Below, in pieces: positions 57,840 to 64,000 of a stretch of 64,000 bases of DNA. The stretch comes from an uncultured Candidatus Actinomarinales bacterium. Its GTDB lineage: Bacteria; Actinomycetota; Acidimicrobiia; Actinomarinales; Actinomarinaceae. Below the pieces are notes generated by a model that saw only the letters and a program-made list of their open reading frames with translations, had not been told where the DNA came from and did no database searches. Where the stretch lies: assembly GCA_943789065.1 (NCBI GenBank), contig CALSSQ010000001.1, positions 523,827-587,826 on the forward strand. The letters are read 5' to 3'. Made by a program: the position numbers and the translations under genes. Numbering within the stretch: the first letter of the stretch is position 1; the number at the start of each line of letters is the position of its first letter.

Positions 57840-59728
57840 TTTCTAGTATAGGCCTTATCATAAGCTGGTTATGCTTACTAAATCTTATAATTCTTTTAGT
57901 ATCAGACGACAAATTTCGTATTCAGTTATTAATAAGATTAAATCTACTCTTAAACTTTTTGCTATTTTGTATCTTAGAGATTGCATTGTTTATTGATGAT
58001 TTTTCTATAAGTTATGTAGCCAATTATTCCGCAAAGAGTACACCTCCCGTTTACAAATTTGCTTCTTTATGGGGTTCCTTAGATGGCTCCATTCTCCTGT
58101 GGAATCTAGTTCTTGGAGCCTATTTTTTGATATACATAAAATATTATAAAAAAACTACCAATAGTGCAGACATTAAAATATTTACAACAATCATCATCTT
58201 TTTTACAAGCTACACGATATTTAGTTCGTCTCCATTTGCAGGTTGTATTGAATTAGCTTCAGTAGGTTGTCAGTCTTCATCACTACTGCCCTTTCAAGAT
58301 CTAGTTTCTTCACTGGAAGGAAGAGGTCCTAACCCACTTCTACAGAATCATCCCCTGATGGCAATTCACCCACCAATTTTATATTTTGGATATATCGGCT
58401 TAGTTTTGCCTTTTGTAATTACTACAAGTTATTTTTTTAGAAAAGATACTTCAAGTAATTGGGTCCAACTAGCCTCTAACTCAACTTTTTATCCATGGTT
58501 ATTCTTAACTGCTGGAATAACACTTGGTGCAGCTTGGTCATATGAAGTGCTGGGATGGGGTGGATATTGGGCTTGGGATCCAGTAGAAAATGTTTCTTTC
58601 ATTCCGTGGCTTCTTGCTACCGCCTTTCTTCACTCTTCTAAGACACAGATAAATGAATCTACTCTCTTAAATTGGAATTACTTCCTTGGTGGTTTAATGT
58701 TTTTATCAACAATATTTGGTACATTTATTACTCGCTCAGGAGTATTGATTTCGGTTCATGCTTTTTCTAATGGAAATATAGGTGTTTTCCTTCTTTCTGG
58801 ATTAGCCTTTTTTACATTATTTTTTGTATACTCCGGATCTAAAAATATTAAATATTTTGCAACATCAAAAAAAATTAAATATATTTTTGGAAAATCTTCA
58901 TTTTTTATAGCTAATAACATCCTACTTTTTGTGTCTGCATTAATTGTTTTTATTGGAACCATTTATCCGATATTTTATGAAACTTTGTATCAAAGACAGC
59001 TGACGATTGGAAGAACCTTTTTTGATATCTTAATTGGTCCTATTTTAATTATGTTAATTTTTCTAATGATATTCTCGACAAAAATTACCGTAAAGAATAT
59101 TAACTTTAATAAGTGGCTCCAAACTAATCTTAAAATTATCAACTCATCATTAATATTGACTATTTTCTTCTCTTATGTATACCAACTAAATTATTTAAGT
59201 ATATTGACTCTGTTTGGATCAACTATGCTTGTTATCACAATTCTTTTAAATCTCGTTCAAAAGAAAACATTACATAAGATTAAGGGTTCTTACTGGTCCG
59301 GACAAATTGCACATTTAGGGATTGGTCTTTTTGCTGTAGGTTTATTACTAAATGTAAGTCAAAGCTACTCTGACGAATTTATAACTAGTGAAGGTTCAAT
59401 AATAACTTTCGGAAATAATAATTACATGATTGAAAAATCCTATGAGGTTAGAAGAGATGAAAAAGATGTTATAAATTTACCAATAAAGTCTAATGATAAA
59501 TATAAAAATGCATCTTTGAATATATTTAGAAATTCATCTCAACAGGCAATAAGTTCGCCAGCAATATTTCGCGATTTAGAATCTGACACGTACGTGACTA
59601 TTAAATTTATTGATGCGAATAACTATAAATTAATATTTAGAAAAAATTATGGAATATTAATTATGTGGATGGGGTTAGCTCTAAGCACTCTCTCTGTAAT
59701 TCCAAGAATTAGGGCAAATGAAAAATAG
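57836..59728 (+). CDS. ccmF: Cytochrome c heme lyase CcmF
   Basis: DFSISYV, WGSLDGS, GPNPLLQ, HPP, WSYEVLGWGGYWAWDPVEN, TRSG..SVHAF. Confidence 0.96.
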   Translation: MISSIGLIISWLCLLNLIILLVSDDKFRIQLLIRLNLLLNFLLFCILEIALFIDDFSISYVANYSAKSTPPVYKFASLWGSLDGSILLWNLVLGAYFLIYIKYYKKTTNSADIKIFTTIIIFFTSYTIFSSSPFAGCIELASVGCQSSSLLPFQDLVSSLEGRGPNPLLQNHPLMAIHPPILYFGYIGLVLPFVITTSYFFRKDTSSNWVQLASNSTFYPWLFLTAGITLGAAWSYEVLGWGGYWAWDPVENVSFIPWLLATAFLHSSKTQINESTLLNWNYFLGGLMFLSTIFGTFITRSGVLISVHAFSNGNIGVFLLSGLAFFTLFFVYSGSKNIKYFATSKKIKYIFGKSSFFIANNILLFVSALIVFIGTIYPIFYETLYQRQLTIGRTFFDILIGPILIMLIFLMIFSTKITVKNINFNKWLQTNLKIINSSLILTIFFSYVYQLNYLSILTLFGSTMLVITILLNLVQKKTLHKIKGSYWSGQIAHLGIGLFAVGLLLNVSQSYSDEFITSEGSIITFGNNNYMIEKSYEVRRDEKDVINLPIKSNDKYKNASLNIFRNSSQQAISSPAIFRDLESDTYVTIKFIDANNYKLIFRKNYGILIMWMGLALSTLSVIPRIRANEK

Positions 59729-60071
59729 ATACACTCTTGGAATACTATTGATAGTTTTGCTGCTACTTCCAAATCTTTATGAAGATGCTGACTCAAGGTT
59801 CGAGTCTTGGAGTAAAAATTTACTATGCCCAGTATGCCAAGGTGAGACTATTTTTGACTCTCCATCGGAATATGCAGATGATATGCGATCAATCCTAAGG
59901 GAACAAATAGATAAAAATTTATCGGATGATGAAATCTATACTTACTGGGTATCAAGATTTGGTGAAAGAATAATTACCAATCCTCAAAACAGAAATTTTG
60001 AAATAATTCTTATACCCCTAATATTATCAATATTTTTTATAGCTATCTTTATAAAGAAGGTTCTTAAATGA
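59718..60071 (+). CDS. ccmH: Cytochrome c biogenesis protein CcmH
   Basis: LLCPVCQGETIFDS, MR, FGE motifs. Confidence 0.9.
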   Translation: MKNRYTLGILLIVLLLLPNLYEDADSRFESWSKNLLCPVCQGETIFDSPSEYADDMRSILREQIDKNLSDDEIYTYWVSRFGERIITNPQNRNFEIILIPLILSIFFIAIFIKKVLK

Positions 60072-60598
60072 ACAAATGGGTATTTTCGTTAGTAGCGACC
60101 TTCGGTGTCTTTTTAATAATATTTATAAATCTAAACAACAATTCAGAATCATCAATTAGAACAAACACTGAACTTGATAATGTTACGAATGAAGAAATGG
60201 AAATTGTTGTAGCAGATAATCCTGATATATTTGCTATGAGGATTGCTTTAGCAAATAGGTATTTTGATGAAGTTAACTATTCAAAAGCCCTACCCCACTT
60301 TATGTATGTCGCTGAAAATAGTGATGAGATTGAACTCAAAAGTTATGCTCTAGCCCAAATAGGTTGGATGGTCTACGAGTCAGGAAATAAAGAAGTTGCT
60401 ATAAATTACTTCGATGAATCTCTGTCTATTAATCCCAATTCTTTAATCTCTAAATCTTATCTTGGCGTTCTCTATCTTCAGCAAGCAGAAACAGAAGACC
60501 TGGGAATGAAGTTAATTACCGATCTACTTCTGCTCGATTCTCTAAGTGATGAAGATAGAAATTTTTTAAAAGAGATAGTATCAACCTATGAAAATTAA
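60068..60598 (+). CDS. TPR protein (CcmI/CycH-like)
   Basis: N-terminal anchor plus TPR helices, within the ccm operon. Confidence 0.7.
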   Translation: MNKWVFSLVATFGVFLIIFINLNNNSESSIRTNTELDNVTNEEMEIVVADNPDIFAMRIALANRYFDEVNYSKALPHFMYVAENSDEIELKSYALAQIGWMVYESGNKEVAINYFDESLSINPNSLISKSYLGVLYLQQAETEDLGMKLITDLLLLDSLSDEDRNFLKEIVSTYEN

Positions 60599-61064
60599 AT
60601 TTTTAATCTTTTTTTTACTACTTACTTTTTGCTCCAAGTCAGAAATTACATCAGAAAGTATTGAAATCCAGGATTTTCAAATTCAAGAACTTACCTATTT
60701 AGAATCAAATAAAAATGCTGTGTTAGATAGTGAATTTTTAATTATTAACTACTGGGCATCTTGGTGTTTGGAGTGTATTGAAGAACATGATCTAATAATT
60801 TCACTTAACGAGATTAAATCTTTTGAGGGAAAGGTAGTGCTAATTAGTTTTCAAGATAATACTTCTAACTCAAAGGAATTCCTTAGTAAATATGGATATG
60901 GCAATTTAATTTATTTAACTGATGTTAAAAGTAAGTTTGCCATTAATTCTGGTGTGTTTGGGGTTCCTGAAACACATATCATTCAAAATGGAGTGATTAT
61001 CAGAAAGTATCTAGGACCACTATCTTTTGGGGATGTTGAAGAAATAATATTTTTATATTCATAA
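60588..61064 (+). CDS. ccmG: TlpA/CcmG-type thiol-disulfide oxidoreductase
   Basis: INYWASWCLECIEE, GVFGVPET; signal peptide; last gene of the ccm operon. Confidence 0.85.
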   Translation: MKIKFLIFFLLLTFCSKSEITSESIEIQDFQIQELTYLESNKNAVLDSEFLIINYWASWCLECIEEHDLIISLNEIKSFEGKVVLISFQDNTSNSKEFLSKYGYGNLIYLTDVKSKFAINSGVFGVPETHIIQNGVIIRKYLGPLSFGDVEEIIFLYS

Positions 61065-61088
61065 GTAATAAATATTTGACTAGAGTTA

Positions 61089-61423
61089 TTTTTGAGATGG
61101 ATAATCGCGATTTATCGAGGAAAGTCCGGACACTATAGAGCAGAGAGCTGGGTAACTCCCAGGCAAGTAATTGACGGAAAGTGCAACAGAAAATATACCG
61201 CTTACGTAAGTAAGTAAGGGTGAAAAGGTGGTGTAAGAGACTACCAGTAATTTAAGTAATTAAATTAGCTTGTAAACCCCTCTCAGTGCAATATCAAGAA
61301 GCAATTAGCTTGCTCGGCTAATAATTGCGGGTAGATAGCTAGATGTATTTGGTAACAAATATACAAGATGGATGATTATCTTACATTAATTTGTAAACAG
61401 AATCCGGCTTACAATCTCAAAAA
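61089..61423 (+). ncRNA. rnpB: RNase P RNA (bacterial type A)
   Basis: GAGGAAAGTCCGG, AGTGCAACAGAAA, GGGTGAAAAGGTG, AAACCC, ACAGAATCCGGCTTA; P1 TTTTTGAGAT/ATCTCAAAAA. Confidence 0.95.
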
Positions 61424-61426
61424 CCA

Positions 61427-61449
61427 GGGTGTCTCTTTTAGAGGCACCC
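61427..61449 (+). terminator. GC-rich hairpin downstream of rnpB (terminator or processing signal)
   Basis: GGGTGTCTC-TTTTA-GAGGCACCC; no clear U-tract. Confidence 0.5.
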
Positions 61450-61481
61450 ACCTAAAATTAATTATTTGTTAACCTAATGTG

Positions 61482-62462
61482 ATGACAAAATTTGCATATT
61501 TTTTAGGATCAGAACAGTGGCAACCAGAAATATTAATTGACCATGCAAAGCTAGCACAAGAAGTTGGTTTTGATATGGTGACAATATCGGAACATTTTCA
61601 CCCATGGGTTGACGATTATTCGGCGTCAAACTTCACATGGTCTACATTGGGTGCTTTAGCTAATAGCACCCCTGAATTAGACTTAGGTACTGGAGTAACC
61701 ACACCACTATGGAGAATGCATCCAGGAGTTGTTGCACAAGCTTCTGCAACAGTCGACAGATTATCTCATTCAACTTTTCATCTAGGAGTAGGCACAGGTG
61801 AAAATATGAACGAAGGACCATTAGGTTATAATTTTCCAAAATATGATGAAAGAGCTTCAAGAATTAGAGAGGCCTTAACTATTATTAGGAGACTACTAGA
61901 TGGTGAAAAACTTAACTTTGAGGGTGAATTCTATAACACTAAGGGTGCAAAATTATACTCCCCTCCCTTAAAAGAAGTTCCAATTTGGCTTGCTGCTGGT
62001 GGTCCAAAGTCTTCTCATCTTGCTGCTGAGTATGCTGATGGACTTATGATTAGTGTAAAAGATCCAGAAGATGCATATGAAAGAGTTATCAATCCAGCAA
62101 AAATAAAAACTGACGAACTTGGAAAATCAGATCTAAGAATTCACACATATAGATGGACAATGTTTGCAGATAATGATGAGGATGCATGGGAATCTTTGAA
62201 ATCATGGAGAGGACTAAGGGCACCAAATAGACTTCAAGAAATTGATCCACAAGCTCTCAGAGAGCAGGCTGATGCATTACCAAAAGAAGAAATCATGTCC
62301 AAATTTTCTCGAGCAGGAAGTGTAGAAGAATTAATTGATATATATGCACCTCTTGTAAATGATTTTGGTTCAGAAATAGTTACTATACAAATATCGTCCG
62401 TTAATCAAGAAGAGACAATTAAATTGCTTGGCAAAGAATTATTGCCAAGGCTAAAGAATTAA
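61482..62462 (+). CDS. F420-dependent LLM-class oxidoreductase (G6PDH/Fgd-like)
   Basis: SEQWQP, ISEHFHPW, LGTGVTTP, LGVGTGENMNE, AAGGPKS. Start placed at ATG 61482. Confidence 0.88.
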   Translation: MTKFAYFLGSEQWQPEILIDHAKLAQEVGFDMVTISEHFHPWVDDYSASNFTWSTLGALANSTPELDLGTGVTTPLWRMHPGVVAQASATVDRLSHSTFHLGVGTGENMNEGPLGYNFPKYDERASRIREALTIIRRLLDGEKLNFEGEFYNTKGAKLYSPPLKEVPIWLAAGGPKSSHLAAEYADGLMISVKDPEDAYERVINPAKIKTDELGKSDLRIHTYRWTMFADNDEDAWESLKSWRGLRAPNRLQEIDPQALREQADALPKEEIMSKFSRAGSVEELIDIYAPLVNDFGSEIVTIQISSVNQEETIKLLGKELLPRLKN

Positions 62463-62463
62463 A

Positions 62464-63195
62464 TTGTTACCATTATTTATAATTGGATCAATTGGTGGTT
62501 TTCTTTCTGGAGTATTAGGTATTGGTGGAGGTGTTGTATTCGTCCCTCTCCTAACTTACTTTACAGACCAAGATTTTAAAATAAATACAGGAATCTCATC
62601 AATGGCTGTAGTATTCGTTGCTACTACAAGCAGTATTACTTATATCTCGAATGGTCAGTCATTTTCTATTTATATTTTATATTTAATTTTTGGTGGGATA
62701 TTGGGTGGCTACCTTGGAAGTAAACTCACATTTCAATTAGATACAAAGACATTGCAAAGAATATTTGCGGTGTTACTTTTAGTTGTGTCATATAGGATGA
62801 TATCTACGTCAGGCTACTCTTCGCAATATGAGGAGAATATTTTCTTATACTTACTTATAGGTGTATTTTCTGGAATACTATCAGGTCTACTTGGTATCGG
62901 TGGAGGAATAGTAAGGATTCCTTTGTTAATCTTTTTTGGTGGTTTAGGAAATTTACCAGCACAAGGCTTTTCATTAATAGCAACTGTTCCAACTGCACTT
63001 ACGGCAGCATATACAAAACTGAAAAATGATCGAGAATTCGCAAAAAGAGGTTGTATTGTTGGAATTTCCGGCATATTGGGATCGGTGTTTGGAGGTAATT
63101 TAGCATTTGAATTACCACAAGAATTTCTGAACACATCATTCGCAATATTTTTATTATTGGTGAGTATAAATATGCTCGTTAAAACTTCTAAATAA
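62464..63195 (+). CDS. TauE/SafE (TSUP) family transporter
   Basis: Duplicated GFLSGVLGIGGG / GILSGLLGIGGG motif with eight TMs. Confidence 0.9.
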   Translation: MLPLFIIGSIGGFLSGVLGIGGGVVFVPLLTYFTDQDFKINTGISSMAVVFVATTSSITYISNGQSFSIYILYLIFGGILGGYLGSKLTFQLDTKTLQRIFAVLLLVVSYRMISTSGYSSQYEENIFLYLLIGVFSGILSGLLGIGGGIVRIPLLIFFGGLGNLPAQGFSLIATVPTALTAAYTKLKNDREFAKRGCIVGISGILGSVFGGNLAFELPQEFLNTSFAIFLLLVSINMLVKTSK

Positions 63196-63646
63196 TTCCA
63201 CTTCTTATAAAAGTTTTGAATGAGTTATCTTTCATTTTGTAAATGACATATGCGACACCTATTAATTCCTGAATGATAGTTAACGCGATACTCTTGTTGA
63301 ACATTTCATTGCTTTCAAAAGGAAGGGGGAATAAAAAAGTAGATTGATCTAGCCACATGAAATCTAAAAACAAATGTAGGTAAGTGCCTATTGAAAATAG
63401 TAATAAGTTCTTTCTAGTTTTTGTACCTCTCTTAGTTAACAGCATTATCAAAAACATAGTGAAAACTGAGAGCAATAATGAATGCGTTACAAATTTTTGG
63501 TCTTTACCAACAGGTTGGACAGCCAAAAGAATATCCATAATATCTAAAATCAAAAGACCTACAATCAAAAACCTTAAGTCAGCATTCTTATCTTTAAAAA
63601 TATATTTAAAAATGATAACTCCAACACCAATAAACCAAAAAAACAT
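63188..63646 (-). CDS. Membrane-bound metal-dependent hydrolase (YdjM-like)
   Basis: G..I.D..D, VTHSL, HLFLDFMW, FLFP. Confidence 0.75.
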   Translation of the reverse strand: MFFWFIGVGVIIFKYIFKDKNADLRFLIVGLLILDIMDILLAVQPVGKDQKFVTHSLLLSVFTMFLIMLLTKRGTKTRKNLLLFSIGTYLHLFLDFMWLDQSTFLFPLPFESNEMFNKSIALTIIQELIGVAYVIYKMKDNSFKTFIRSGII

Positions 63647-64000
63647 TATTTATCCAGTGCTAAGTTAGCTAGTTCATCTGCTCTTTTATTGTTTTCTCTG
63701 TACACATGCTCTATTGTAAAATTCTCTATTTTAAAAATTAAGGCTTTTGCACGCCCATGTAATTCCCTTAGATGCTCTGACTTTACTTTAAAATTACCAA
63801 CTATTTGTTCTACCACTAGTTTTGAGTCTAGATAAAACCTAGCTGATTGAATATTGTTATCATTACAGTATTGTAAACCGTCGATTAAAGCCTGATATTC
63901 GGCCACATTATTAGTAGCTATTCCTATTTTTCTAGAAATAACTTTAATTTCAATATTCTCATGACTAATAGAAACTCCCACTGAAGCTTCTCCTGGATTA
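63646..64000 (-). CDS. rnhA: Ribonuclease HI (5' end outside the window)
   Basis: Frame stays open to the window edge (NPGEASVG); TNNVAEY, DSKLVVEQ, HVYRENNKRADELAN. Confidence 0.9.
   Translation of the reverse strand, partial: NPGEASVGVSISHENIEIKVISRKIGIATNNVAEYQALIDGLQYCNDNNIQSARFYLDSKLVVEQIVGNFKVKSEHLRELHGRAKALIFKIENFTIEHVYRENNKRADELANLALDK

Overview
AT-rich (roughly 30-33% GC by eye), extremely gene-dense chromosomal segment of a streamlined actinobacterium. The gene order (polA-rpsA-coaE-uvrB-uvrA; dcw cluster ending ftsZ-pgeF-yggS-sepF-yggT; ileS/DksA-like/lspA/rluA/dnaE), the type-2 IleRS, the Rv1830-like MerR regulator, DUF3040 and an F420-type LLM enzyme all point to Actinomycetota. 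The low GC suggests a marine 'Ca. Actinomarina'-like lineage (inference). Content is almost all core housekeeping: DNA repair and replication, peptidoglycan and division, branched-chain amino acid synthesis, System I cytochrome c maturation, tRNA-Leu(CAA) and RNase P RNA. I found no prophage, integrase, IS, CRISPR array or defence island, and no clearly new multi-gene system. The most interesting signals are small, mostly non-coding and absent from the ORF track: (1) a 16-codon Leu/Val/Ile-rich leader peptide with a terminator ahead of ilvB; (2) a structured mraW-motif-like RNA between mraZ and rsmH; (3) five 10-bp-phased RTGTCA-type repeats over a near-consensus mraZ promoter; (4) an FtsR-like palindrome upstream of ftsZ; (5) a recurring TANNNT-N6/7-start leaderless promoter layout. 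Also notable are an uncharacterised Zn-finger/HTH protein at the end of an nth-ccdA-ygfZ run, a phage-like thyX, the absence of murF and divIVA from their usual dcw positions, and three frameshifts in uvrA/uvrB that are probably sequencing errors.
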